Shown here piece by piece: positions 1 through 9,552 of a DNA stretch of 64,000 nucleotides. The translations under genes were made by a program, and so were the position numbers. Position 1 is the first letter of the stretch, and every line of letters begins with the position of its first letter. This stretch comes from a virus: positions 1 to 64,000 of the IMG/VR virus record IMGVR_UViG_3300025030_000061. One strand, written 5' to 3'. Under the pieces are notes generated by a model that was not told the DNA's origin, did not search any database, and was given only the letters and a program-made list of their open reading frames with translations.

Positions 1-389
1 GTGCAGTTCGCCTTCCTTCATGGGGTTGCAGTCGCTGTCCAGGGCCTGGATCATGAGGTCTTCGACGGGCTCCCAGATGTTGGCTTCGTTTCCGGTGTAG
101 GCCAAGGTCTTGCCGTGGACGCAGCGGGCTATTTCGGCGCCGACCGTGTCGGGGATCCTCCCCTCAATCTTGCTCTGGTACTGGAGCACCCTGTCGCGGA
201 GGAGCGCTAGGCTGTGGCCGTGGGTGGCGTCCGCTCCGTGCTTGAGGGCCGAGAGGCGAAGGGTTTCGAGCGCGTCCGGCACTGAAACGTCTTTCGCGCA
301 GAGCAGCAGTGCATCGTGATGCGTGTAGGTCTTTCCTGTGACGGGGTTGATGGCGAAGATGAGGAATTTTCTGTCGATGGCGTCCATGG

Positions 390-935
390 CTACTCCTTCT
401 CCTTGATGGTGATCTTTCGGCCGCAGCGGTAGCAGCGGTCCATGTCGTCGTCGCGGTGGGTGACGGTGCTGCCATCACACCCGGCTATGTAGCAGTCGCT
501 ATCTCCAAGGTCGGAGGCTTCGGGCTGCGTCCAGGTGCAGGTCCCCCTGGGGGCCGGGTCGGTTGCGTCCTGCATCATCTCCAGAAAGGTGCTCTTGACC
601 GGGATAGTCGCTTCGAGCACTTCCTTGAAGGCGCGGTGGAGGCTGCTGCCGTTGCCGATCGTGGTGAGCTTGTTGGTGTCGAGGTAGCCGTCTGCGGTCG
701 ATACCGTGTCCCGGAGCAGGCGGATGGCTTCGCGGTCGCGGCCTTCCTTCCACTGCAGGAGCTGGATCGCGGTGATGAGGTCGTCCACTGCGCTGATGCC
801 TTCCTGGGGCGTCGTCGGTACCTGGATGCCGACGATCCTGGCAAGGTTGTCCATAAATTCGCCCATGCTCAGTATCTTCTCCTGGCGGGCCTCGGCGATC
901 TTCTGCCAGTCGGGGTTGGGGATCTGCTTTTCCAT
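390..935 (-). CDS. hypothetical phage protein with C-terminal Cys-rich (Zn-ribbon-like) segment
   Basis: 181-aa ORF with AGGAG RBS, C-terminal C..C..CYRC cluster, preceded by a TCATTCTG motif copy. Confidence 0.6.
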   Translation of the reverse strand: MEKQIPNPDWQKIAEARQEKILSMGEFMDNLARIVGIQVPTTPQEGISAVDDLITAIQLLQWKEGRDREAIRLLRDTVSTADGYLDTNKLTTIGNGSSLHRAFKEVLEATIPVKSTFLEMMQDATDPAPRGTCTWTQPEASDLGDSDCYIAGCDGSTVTHRDDDMDRCYRCGRKITIKEKE

Positions 936-1001
936 CTCGTCTCCTTTCCCCGGTCGGGGGCCTTCTGTTCTCTCTGGTGTTAAGCTGCAGCGCCAGAATG
1001 A

Positions 1002-1475
1002 TTATGCTGGTGTGAATAGGTTGCCTTGTATCGCTGCAGGCGCGGGTGGTGGTATGGTGGTGGGTACGGGGATGTTCTTCCCCTGGAGGTACTTCTTGAC
1101 GAGCATCTGCAGACGGCTCTCGTCGCTGTGGACCTCCTGGATCCCGAGGTGCGGATCCACGATCCCTTGGGCTTGGGAGCCCTTGAGCCCGAGCAGGTCG
1201 ATCAGCAGCGGATCGCTGCCGGAGTCGCTGCAGAGGAAGATCGCCATCACCTGGTTGAGCTGCCCTTCGCGGTCCAGGCGCCCTATGAGCTGGTGGTGGA
1301 TGGCCGGAGACCAGTCCAGTTCCCCGAATACGACCGTAGAGCAGCGCTGCTGGAGCCCGTCGATGCCTACGCCGCTGCGGAGGGATAGGATAAAGAGGTT
1401 GCTCTTGCCGCTGACGAATGTCTCGATCGCGTCGTTTTTCTGCTTCGGGCTCTCGCTGCCGGTGTACATCACCGG
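1002..1475 (-). pseudogene. SNF2-family helicase, C-terminal part (HELICc), separated from its N-terminal part by a cassette insertion
   Basis: PVMYTGSES..FILSLRSGVGIDGLQ..VVFGELDWSPAIHHQLIGRLDREGQ (SF2 motifs V/VI); same reading frame as 2382..3641. Confidence 0.85.
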
Positions 1476-1476
1476 G

Positions 1477-2325
1477 TTATGCCGCCGCCCGCAGTTCCGC
1501 CCGGATCTCCATCCAGAGTCTGCCGAGCATGTTCGCGCCGTCCCGATCCTCGCCCCAGCCCCAGAAGTCATCCCGCCAGGAATCCTCTACCAGTTCCCGG
1601 TCGCCGGTCGCCAACAACTTACGCTTCACGTATTCGTGCTGACCAGCCTTTGCCTGGAGGATCTTCTTCATGATGCCCACCTTCACATTATCCCAATCCT
1701 CCCGGCGAACCTCTTTGAATCGTTCCGCAATCTTGAACGCTTCGTGTGCGGACGGTGCGAGCAGAATCATTTCACGGATATTCGCCTGGTAAGGACTATT
1801 GAACTTCATCCAGTGATAGGCTGCCTCGGACGTGTCAAAACGATAGCCGAACCACTGGAGCGAGAATGCGGAGAAGTTCGACAAGACGTAGAAGTCCTGC
1901 TCGTAAAAGAGAACCTGCCCCGGTGCGTCCAGCTTGTGGCAGTCCGACCAGCGGAGCCCCTCCTGGTACTGCTCCATCGTGAGTTCAGCACCGCAGTCGT
2001 CGCAGTGAGCTACGCCTTTCGCCTGGTCGTGGCGGTCGCAGTAGAGGACATTGCTGAAGCAGTAAGGGCAACCTCCCGCCTGCATACCAGCAGCGACGCG
2101 CATAGACCTCACAACCATGGCGGCTAAGGCCTCATCCGCTTCACGGCCCTCGCCAGTGGTGAAATCCATGATAGAGCGGCAACCTTCAGAATCATCGAGG
2201 CAGAAACCGACCACGGTGCAGCCGTACTGTTGCGGTCGCTCTGGGTCCTCTAACATCGGCTCACAGCGCGAATCCAGCGCTTGAACCTCAAGTTCTTCAA
2301 TTGGTTCCCACGATTTCAGTTCCAT
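1477..2325 (-). CDS. NADAR (YbiA-like) protein with N-terminal CxxC..CxxC extension
   Basis: LSNFS..SEAAYHWMKF..DWDNVKVGIMKKILQAK..LLATGDRELVEDS..DDFWG..GANMLGRLWMEIR; ATG at 2325 after GAGG RBS. Confidence 0.9.
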   Translation of the reverse strand: MELKSWEPIEELEVQALDSRCEPMLEDPERPQQYGCTVVGFCLDDSEGCRSIMDFTTGEGREADEALAAMVVRSMRVAAGMQAGGCPYCFSNVLYCDRHDQAKGVAHCDDCGAELTMEQYQEGLRWSDCHKLDAPGQVLFYEQDFYVLSNFSAFSLQWFGYRFDTSEAAYHWMKFNSPYQANIREMILLAPSAHEAFKIAERFKEVRREDWDNVKVGIMKKILQAKAGQHEYVKRKLLATGDRELVEDSWRDDFWGWGEDRDGANMLGRLWMEIRAELRAAA

Positions 2326-2382
2326 CCTCACCCCCTCAGCGGGCATAACACCCGCTCGTGCCTGTCGGCACAGCTAAATTCG
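1477..2382. mobile_element. integron-gene-cassette-like insertion (906 bp) carrying a NADAR gene
   Basis: Bounded by G|TTATGCC (1476) and an attC-like hairpin ending in G|TT (2382); removal regenerates in-frame helicase ...AEYN-PVMY... Confidence 0.8.
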
Positions 2383-2388
2383 TTGTAC
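2342..2388 (+). other. attC-like recombination site (short, about 46 bp)
   Basis: GGCATAAC-ACCC-GCT(C)GTGCC-TGTC-GGCACAGC-TAAATTC-GTT: R'' box, unpaired spacers, L''/L' stem with one extrahelical base, R' GTT. Confidence 0.7.
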
Positions 2389-3641
2389 TCGGCCAGCTCC
2401 TTCAGCCAGATTTCGTAGACCTCGCGGTGCCATCCGGCGAGCACGACCGGTTCCCCGTTGTCGAGGAGGATCTTGACGAACTCGGCGACATGCTTCGCCT
2501 TGCTGACGCCAGTCCATTTCCGCATCATCATGTCCAGTTCGCGGGCTGCCTGGCCGCGTTCCATGAAGCTCCCGGTGGAGGCTCTGACCGCCAGTTGCTT
2601 GGCGAGGTCCTCGGCTGTCTTGAGCGTGGCCTCGTCGTAGCCGACCGTCTCAATGATCTTGTTGACCGGGGACAGCTCCTTGCCTACGTCGGCACGGGTG
2701 CGGCGCAGCATCAGGTACTTCTCCCGCAGGTAGGTCCCCAGGGCCTTCGGGTCCTTGATGATCATGTTCCGGCCGCCGTTGGACGATGCCCATTCCCTGG
2801 AAAAGTCGTCCCAGCTCCCCAGGCATCCTGGCTTGAGGATGTTCATGATGTTCCACATCTCGTCGCCGTAGTTGTAGACGGGGGTGGCGGTGAGCCCCAG
2901 GGACCACTGCACGTTCTGGCAGAGGTAGGAGGCTCCCTGTCCCTTCACCGTCCCGGTCCCGGTACGCAGCTCCTGGACCTCGTCAAATACGGCGAGCTTG
3001 AAGTATCCTGTGCGGAACGTCTCGATCCATCCGCCGAGGCAGGTGTACCGGAAAATGTAGACGTCCGCCTCGGGGAGCGGGTAGCTCCTGGTCTTCTTGA
3101 TGACGTGGACGCGCAGGTGAGAGAAGCTCTCGAGCTTTTCTTTCCATTGGCGGGGGAGGTGGCTCTGGACGACAATCGCCGCCGGCAGGTGTTCCGGCCG
3201 CGCTGCGGCGCCGATACCGACGTATGTCTTGCCGAGGCCTACCTCGTCTCCGCAGAGGAGTACTCCGTTGTGGTGCAGCACCTCGGTTGCCTGGGTCTGG
3301 TAGTGGCGCATCCCCTGACCGTCCTTAAGCATGGCGTAGGAGGGGGGCACGTAGTCTGGGCAGAGGATCGCCTCCATGTGGGCCTGGGTCTGGTAGAATC
3401 TAGCGCTTCCCGCCTCCAGGGCTGTCTGGTCCTCGTCGGTGATCTCCATCGGGTACCGCTGGGTGAACCAGAGCAGATCGGCGCAGTTCTCCTGATTGTT
3501 CTCGAACTCGAAGGGCGAGACCGCCATCTTACCGATCTTGGTGAAGATGCTCTTGAGCTTGATATTGACGTGTGGTTCGGTGTCGTGCATGTACCAGTAG
3601 CTGCCGGCGGCGTGCAGTGTCAGTTTGCCGTATGTCCTCAA
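2382..3641 (-). pseudogene. SNF2-family helicase, N-terminal part (ATPase domain), interrupted; ORF runs on to a stop at 2328 inside the insertion
   Basis: MRHYQ, LLCGDEVGLGKT (Walker A), VFDEVQ (Walker B), GLTATP, YLMLRRT. Confidence 0.88.
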
Positions 3642-4042
3642 ATCCAGGCCCTCCCGAGGGATAAATAAAAGGCAGGGACTCCCTCGATCTCTTGAGGGAG
3701 ACCCATTGCATGGTTGGTGACCAGGATGATGGCGGAGAGTTTGCCGGTCCGGCAGTAGCGCTGGAGCTGTCGGTACACCTCCATGGGGCCTCCGCCGATC
3801 TTGAGCTCTATTCCGATCCCTATCTCTTTGCCGCGTCCCGAGGTCGCGCTGGTCAGGGCTCGCTCTGGGACGTAGAAGTCGATGATGTTCTCCATGCGCT
3901 CGTCGCTGCCCAGGCGGTACTCGCGCTCGTGGCGGATCCCGTTGGCGTCGAGCGCCTGCCCGACCTCCTGCTGGGCGTTCTTCTCGGTGGAGAGGTCGAA
4001 GCGGTAGCGCTTGAGGGTCTCGATGATCGCCTGGGGTGTCAT
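3638..4042 (-). CDS. PD-(D/E)xK-like nuclease fold protein coupled to the helicase
   Basis: IIDFYV...GIGIELK...VYRQLQRY pattern; stop overlaps the helicase start. Confidence 0.55.
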   Translation of the reverse strand: MTPQAIIETLKRYRFDLSTEKNAQQEVGQALDANGIRHEREYRLGSDERMENIIDFYVPERALTSATSGRGKEIGIGIELKIGGGPMEVYRQLQRYCRTGKLSAIILVTNHAMGLPQEIEGVPAFYLSLGRAWI

Positions 4043-4180
4043 GTCAGTCGAGGCCTCCCTTTGCTTTGCGTCTCCGCTCTCTGGCCTCGTACCGTTCCCG
4101 GTTGCGCCAGGTATCGTATGCTGCCATAAGTGCCACTACGGCCCCTGCCATTATTGCTGCTGCTGCGATCTTGCATGCGA

Positions 4181-4507
4181 TCATGCTGTCTGCTCCTCCG
4201 TCTCGATTTGTACCGTCTCCTGGCTGCAGAGGCGCATGAGCTGGCGCATGGCCGCTCCCTGCTCCTGGCCGGCCTTGCGCTTCGCCTGGAACAGCGGCTC
4301 GCTGCCGAGGCAGGTCGGACACCACTCGTCCTGGTGCTGGGTGTCCTGGTAGCAGATGCCCTTCGGCTCGCGGTCGCCGTTGTCTGCTCCCTCGACCTCG
4401 CATCCACCGTGCTTCTCCCTGTACGCCTTGAGTCCGGCCTTGGCCTTCTGCAGCGCCTTGCGGGCGCGGTGCCATCTCATGGCTGCTGTCTCGATCGGTG
4501 TCGCCAT
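4181..4507 (-). CDS. hypothetical phage protein
   Basis: 108-aa ORF in the minus-strand operon with a WCPTC motif. Confidence 0.5.
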   Translation of the reverse strand: MATPIETAAMRWHRARKALQKAKAGLKAYREKHGGCEVEGADNGDREPKGICYQDTQHQDEWCPTCLGSEPLFQAKRKAGQEQGAAMRQLMRLCSQETVQIETEEQTA

Positions 4508-4556
4508 CCTGGTGTTCCCTCCTTCTGATGATATACGCTACACCTGGGGCGTGACT

Positions 4557-4910
4557 TTACCCTTCGTGCGCCATCTGCTCGTGGCTGTGGCAGGGGGTAT
4601 CGGCGCAGAAGAGCTGGGTCTTCTGGTTGCAGAATGCCTCCGTCTTGCCGGGCTTGCGGCGGCTGGGTCTGCGGTCGCGGAAGAAGATCACTCCCTCCTT
4701 CAGCTCGTTGCGGGGGCGGGTCCTGTGGCAGCGGGCGCACTTCGGCAGGTCGCTTTCTACCTCGTAGAAGGAGACAAGGCGTTCCTCGCCAGTGCGGCAG
4801 TTTTTAGCCCTGACCTGCCTCTCGGGGACCAGCTCCTCAATTACCTCGTGTTCGTCCTGCGGGTCGGTCAGCGATGCTTTTTTGACCTGGAATTTGTCTC
4901 CCTGTTTCAT
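4557..4910 (-). CDS. hypothetical phage protein (Cys-rich C-terminus)
   Basis: 117-aa ORF with AGGAG RBS and CARC motif. Confidence 0.5.
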   Translation of the reverse strand: MKQGDKFQVKKASLTDPQDEHEVIEELVPERQVRAKNCRTGEERLVSFYEVESDLPKCARCHRTRPRNELKEGVIFFRDRRPSRRKPGKTEAFCNQKTQLFCADTPCHSHEQMAHEG

Positions 4911-5042
4911 CTGTTGCTCCTTTCAGTGGTGAGTTCCTGCGCTCGGCCATCCGGCGCCTTGCTTCCTTAAGGCATTCGTGCAGAATGATCCAGTCTTCCT
5001 TACACCATGGCTTCATCGGCCATCCGCGTCGGTCCAGGCCTG

Positions 5043-5429
5043 TCATGCCTCTTGTCCCTCCCGAAGCGGTGAGCCCTGGAGGTTGTGGCGTCTCAGGTAG
5101 TCCATGTATTTCAGCGGCAGCAGGTGATTCGGTACAACTTTGAGGAGCGCTCGGCAGAGCAGCTTGACCATCATGGCGAGGTCGTGGATCCGCACGGTGT
5201 CCTTGTTGTCCTTTCCGCCGATGTTCGCCATAAACCGGGCATCTTCTCGTAGCAGCAGCTCCACGGCCGTGTCGCAGGCGCCGCTGATCGGTCGCCGGCC
5301 GCTTTCCCAATCCTGGTAGGTACGCCGTGGGGTCTTGATCCGCTTGGCCATCTCACCGGGTTTAAATCCGAGCGTTTTCCTGGCTGCCTTCAGCTGCTCG
5401 GAGGTAATGATGGGGTACTCGCTCGCCAT
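5043..5429 (-). CDS. XRE-family HTH protein
   Basis: QLKAARKTLGFKPGEMAKRIKTPRRTYQDWESGRR. Confidence 0.75.
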   Translation of the reverse strand: MASEYPIITSEQLKAARKTLGFKPGEMAKRIKTPRRTYQDWESGRRPISGACDTAVELLLREDARFMANIGGKDNKDTVRIHDLAMMVKLLCRALLKVVPNHLLPLKYMDYLRRHNLQGSPLREGQEA

Positions 5430-5823
5430 TTTTGTTTCCTTTCGCCTTGTTCTGCACGCATAGCGTGCGGATTTGCTAATTTGCACTTTTTCGCAAGTTA
5501 CTCTGTCACCGGCTTATATCCGGGACATGCCGGGTTGGGTCCGTGTCCGGTCCCGCAGTCGTCGCGCTCGCAGTCCATGACGTCCTGGCAGGGGACCGGC
5601 TGCGCCGGCCACTCGTACTCGCCGCGGCGATGCAGTCTGGTGGCCTCGGCGCTGTTCATGGTCAGCGGCAGCGGGTAGTGCCCGAGGATGTCGGGGCCGC
5701 GCCAGTTGCAGTCGTCGCCTCTGATCACGACGCCGACCGAGTAGCCTGCCGTCGGCTGCCTCAGTACCGCGTAGAGGCGGTCCGGTTCGATCTTCCCAGG
5801 GAGGCCTGGGATCCACTGTTGTT

Positions 5824-6036
5824 TCATGCCTGGTCCCCTTTCTCGGCGGCGAGCGTTTTCTTAGCGTCCTTGATCCAGTCTCTGATCGCATCCTCAATGG
5901 CAGCCTGCCGCTTGACGCCGGTTTGGGTGCATATGCGGTCGAGTTCTTCCAGGTCTGCTTGCTGGAGACGCAGCGAAAGCTGGGCCGTTTTGTTGCCTCC
6001 GGTCGTGGCACGTTTGATGCGTTCTTTCAGGTCCAT
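5824..6036 (-). CDS. ribbon-helix-helix (CopG-like) DNA-binding protein
   Basis: QLSLRLQQADLEELDRICTQTGVKRQAAIEDAIRDWI. Confidence 0.65.
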   Translation of the reverse strand: MDLKERIKRATTGGNKTAQLSLRLQQADLEELDRICTQTGVKRQAAIEDAIRDWIKDAKKTLAAEKGDQA

Positions 6037-6406
6037 GGGGTGCTCCTTCACTTCGTGGTGTGCTGCTTTCTGGTGAAAGCCCTGTGTGCAGAATGACGGC
6101 TCCAGGGGCTCGGCTTGACCAGCTCGAACGTCGTGGCGTCGATCGCCTTCTCCGCCTTGCGGCATTTACGCCAGGCGTACCAGAGCAAGAGCAGCGCTCC
6201 GGGGACCGTGTACCTGGGGTCGATCCAGTTCCAAGCGATCTGGCGGATCATATCCTCCTTCCCGCGATAGTCCATAATGAGGCTGCTGACGGCCATGTGG
6301 CTGGCGAATCCTGCCCACCAGATCGTCCCGGTGTTCTTCGTGCTCATGCGTCGCTCCTGGTGGTGCGGCTCCCCCTCTCCCGGCAGGGGAGGGGGAGCCT
6401 GGGGGT

Positions 6407-8164
6407 CTATGCTATGGTCCCTTTGGCGCTGTACGGTTGACCGTTGGGCTCTCCGTACCGGAGGTGACAGTTCTCGGTGCCGCAGCGCATGCAGTCCACC
6501 AGGGTGGGCGATTCGTGCGTGTGCGGGCATGCCTCGGGTGCCACGTTGATGTTCTCGGGCATGTGCTCGATCGCGGCCATGAACTCGGCTTTCCAGCAGT
6601 CGCAGGTCTTGCCGGCGGGCGGGCAGCACTGCGGGGTATGCGGTGCCCTATACTTCACGATGCTGCGGAGGGTTTCGATCTTCCTCCTGGCCTCGACTCG
6701 GCCGTGCTCGCTGTCCTCGAAGGCTTGCTTCATCTCCATGTAGGCTCTTTGCATCTGACCTTTCTGGAGCCGCTTGATCTCTGCAAGCATGCCCTCGGGG
6801 GTCCAGGGCCTTGACAGTTCCAGCGCTTCGCCGAAGCTGGCGAAGATGCGGATGGGAGCCATCAGCGGGGGTTCACCGTACACCGGCTTTGCAGCTTCCC
6901 GGAGACCCTTGATGTCTTCGAGGATCGTGTCAATAGAGGTGCCGGCCGGCCTTCCTAGCGCTCCCTCGACCGCGAGGCAGTCGTTGCAGTACATGATGGG
7001 CGGGTTTTGCTGCAGGCAATCGACTCTGCTCTGGAGCAGGCAGTTGCTGCCGTGCAGGCGGTCGACCTGCTCCTTCACCTGCTGGTACCTGGTGGCGAGG
7101 TCCGTGACGCCGACGTGCCAGACGCCTTCCGGGTGCTCGATGCCGGCGCGTTTCAGCGCGGCGCCAATCAGCTTCATCTGCTCGTGCCAGCTGTGGGTCG
7201 TCTTCCGTTGGAGCTCTACCTCGGATTCCAGCGCGAGGAGGTGGGAAAGCACCTGTCGGAGGGTGGCTCGCCTGGACCCGTCGGCCGTGACGTTGCTGGG
7301 GAAGCCTGCCTCTGACGCAAAGGTGTTGATGTCGGCGTGGGCTCTTTCGATAGCTGCTTCTGCGGCTTTGGCGTCAGCCTTGGATGTCTGGTGGCCGCGT
7401 TCGATTGCCAGCAGGCGCTCGTACTCGTCCTGGGATATGAGGCGGTCGCCATTGGCTAGAGTTCTGTTGTGGGTCCGGTATGCCTCGGCGTGCTGCTGGA
7501 TGCTCTGAATCGTGTCGAGGATGATCTCGATCGGAGTGCCGGGCTTGAGCCTCAGTTTGGTGGTGATCTTTGCCATTTCATCTCCGCAGTCACGATTCGC
7601 CATCCATGCCAGGCTTTTAACTCCTTTGACGTTCCAGGTGTCGGTGTCACTTGCCGGTGGGCACTGGGCGACGCACATCAGGATCTTCTTTATTTCATGC
7701 TGTTCGGCTTTTGCATCGTCAAGGTCCTTGAGGATCGGCTCGATGTGGTGCTCGAATAGCTGGGCCATCTCGGCGCGGAGGGCTGTGCGCTGGTCGGGTG
7801 CCATGCCGGTCCCCCATTCGCCTTCTCTTGCTTCGAGGCCGTAGTCGTGACGCTTGGTGTAGCACATGGCGGTGATGATCTTCTCTCGCTTGGCGAAGGT
7901 TGCGTTGGTCGGGCCGGGTTCAGCAGCCGATACCTTCCCGCCAGCCCTGGTGCCGGAGAAGGTCAGCGGTCGGTCTTGCCCGCGCTGGGGCTCCTCGGTG
8001 TAGGGCACGCCGAGCCGGCCGGCGTAGAACTGCGGCATGATGTGCTGCGCTGCGAACGCTCTGACGACGTCCTCGGGCGTTGTCTTGCCGAGGGTGGATC
8101 CGGTCATGATCCGTAGCATGATGATGGGGATGTTTCTGTGGACGTTTCTGGTGCCTCGCTTCAT
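6407..8164 (-). CDS. large coiled-coil-rich hypothetical protein
   Basis: 585-aa ORF with GGAGG RBS, helical heptad character and Cys-rich C-terminus. Confidence 0.65.
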   Translation of the reverse strand: MKRGTRNVHRNIPIIMLRIMTGSTLGKTTPEDVVRAFAAQHIMPQFYAGRLGVPYTEEPQRGQDRPLTFSGTRAGGKVSAAEPGPTNATFAKREKIITAMCYTKRHDYGLEAREGEWGTGMAPDQRTALRAEMAQLFEHHIEPILKDLDDAKAEQHEIKKILMCVAQCPPASDTDTWNVKGVKSLAWMANRDCGDEMAKITTKLRLKPGTPIEIILDTIQSIQQHAEAYRTHNRTLANGDRLISQDEYERLLAIERGHQTSKADAKAAEAAIERAHADINTFASEAGFPSNVTADGSRRATLRQVLSHLLALESEVELQRKTTHSWHEQMKLIGAALKRAGIEHPEGVWHVGVTDLATRYQQVKEQVDRLHGSNCLLQSRVDCLQQNPPIMYCNDCLAVEGALGRPAGTSIDTILEDIKGLREAAKPVYGEPPLMAPIRIFASFGEALELSRPWTPEGMLAEIKRLQKGQMQRAYMEMKQAFEDSEHGRVEARRKIETLRSIVKYRAPHTPQCCPPAGKTCDCWKAEFMAAIEHMPENINVAPEACPHTHESPTLVDCMRCGTENCHLRYGEPNGQPYSAKGTIA

Positions 8165-8378
8165 GCTGCCTCCTGGGGTATGTGATGTACTGCTGGGTTG
8201 CCTAAGCCTTCGCCTGCAGAATGATCGGCTTGTCGCAGTTCGGGCACTCCTCGTCGTCCTCCGGCGGGTCCGAGGCCATCATGGTCTTGCCGCACTCGGT
8301 GACGTAGGTTGCGCTTTTTCCCTCGGCGAGCTGCCAGATGCAGGTTCCTTCCATGGTCCTCTCCTTGTGGTGGCCTTC

Positions 8379-8891
8379 TCAGAATGGCCGGTTGTGCAGG
8401 TCCCAGATGTGCTGGGCCAGGGGGGGCTCGATGCCGCGGGTCGCTGCGAGGTCGTGCCAATCGTTGAAGCGCATCCCGATGTTGTAGGCGCCGCAGGCTG
8501 CCTTGAAGCGGTCGAAGAGGAAGGCGTCCTTGTCCTCGGGGCTCCGGTCCTTGATCGTCTCCCAGACGGCCGCGTTCTCCATCATTTCGACCATGACGCC
8601 CAGGTATGCGTCCTTCAGCTCCTGGTCGGTGAACATCGTGCCGTTCCCGGGAGCTACCTGCCAGCAGCCACCGGGCCGGGGCTGGACTGCGACGCCTTCC
8701 TTCCCCATGCGCTCGAGGAGCCTCTTGGCCATGCCGTAGCCGAGGAAGTTCCTCTGCATGATCAGGTGGACGCTGACCTGTCCAGTTTCCTTGGCCTGGG
8801 TGACGGCCTTCTCGTACCACTGGTCTTCGGTTAGCCGCTGCTCGGCGCCGTGGTGTCCGCAGCTCGGGCAGGTCCCTAGTGCGTGGTCCAT
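8379..8891 (-). CDS. protein with FtsK-gamma-like winged-helix domain
   Basis: DQWYEKAVTQAKETGQVSVHLIMQRNFLGYGMAKRLLERMGKEGV resembles the FtsK gamma consensus. Confidence 0.65.
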   Translation of the reverse strand: MDHALGTCPSCGHHGAEQRLTEDQWYEKAVTQAKETGQVSVHLIMQRNFLGYGMAKRLLERMGKEGVAVQPRPGGCWQVAPGNGTMFTDQELKDAYLGVMVEMMENAAVWETIKDRSPEDKDAFLFDRFKAACGAYNIGMRFNDWHDLAATRGIEPPLAQHIWDLHNRPF

Positions 8892-8892
8892 G

Positions 8893-9183
8893 CTAGTCCT
8901 CCCCCTTCGCTGGCCTAGTCGCCATGGCGTATGCGTCCTGGTGGAGCAGCGTCGGCTCGGTCCTGCCGTGCTCCAGGTCGCTGATCTCGGATGCCCGCAT
9001 GCCGATGGCCTTCGCCAACTCGCGGACGCTCATGTCGGCTGCCTGGCGCATCCGCTTCAGCACCTCCCCCTCCTCGGCGAAGGGCCGGGGGGCGTTGAGG
9101 GCTGCTGCAAGTCCGGGGTGGCGCTCGTTGAACTCCTCCTGGGTCAGCATCTCGTGGCCGTCCCTGCTGTTGATGTGGATCAT
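8893..9183 (-). CDS. XRE-family HTH protein
   Basis: LKRMRQAADMSVRELAKAIGMRASEISDLEHGRTEP. Confidence 0.8.
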   Translation of the reverse strand: MIHINSRDGHEMLTQEEFNERHPGLAAALNAPRPFAEEGEVLKRMRQAADMSVRELAKAIGMRASEISDLEHGRTEPTLLHQDAYAMATRPAKGED

Positions 9184-9549
9184 CTAGTCCTCCTCCTCGA
9201 TGTGGGCTTCGATGTGTCCATAGTCGAGTCCGCAGTTCCTCTGCATGATGTCGTCGTGGGCTCGCTTCCTAGCCTCTGCGCTCCAGATCGCGTAGATGTG
9301 CTCGCTGTAGATGGCCTCGTTGTCGAGGTCTTTCCAGTAGGAGCCGAAGACGTGGAAGCGGTGCAGCTCGTCGACTGCCGTCGCCTTGACCATGAGGTCG
9401 CCGGGGATCTCCTCGGTGTCGCCGAACTGGAAGGGCTTGCCGACGTAGTAGGCGCGGGCCTCGTCGATGGTCGCGTTCATCCTGGTGGTGGTCACGTTGC
9501 CGTTCTCCCAGGTGATGCGGTAGGTGTGGGCCTTGGGGCGTTCAGCCAT
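9184..9549 (-). CDS. hypothetical phage protein
   Basis: 121-aa ORF tightly coupled to its neighbours, with AGGAGG RBS. Confidence 0.6.
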   Translation of the reverse strand: MAERPKAHTYRITWENGNVTTTRMNATIDEARAYYVGKPFQFGDTEEIPGDLMVKATAVDELHRFHVFGSYWKDLDNEAIYSEHIYAIWSAEARKRAHDDIMQRNCGLDYGHIEAHIEEED

Positions 9550-9552
9550 GGT

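Noticed and set aside
1477-2382. Helicase insertion as a group I/II intron or intein
   Set aside because: Only about 57 nt are non-coding. No junction register gives U|...G (group I) or a GUGYG start (group II). A stop in the helicase frame at 2328 excludes an intein. There are no terminal inverted repeats or transposase for an IS.
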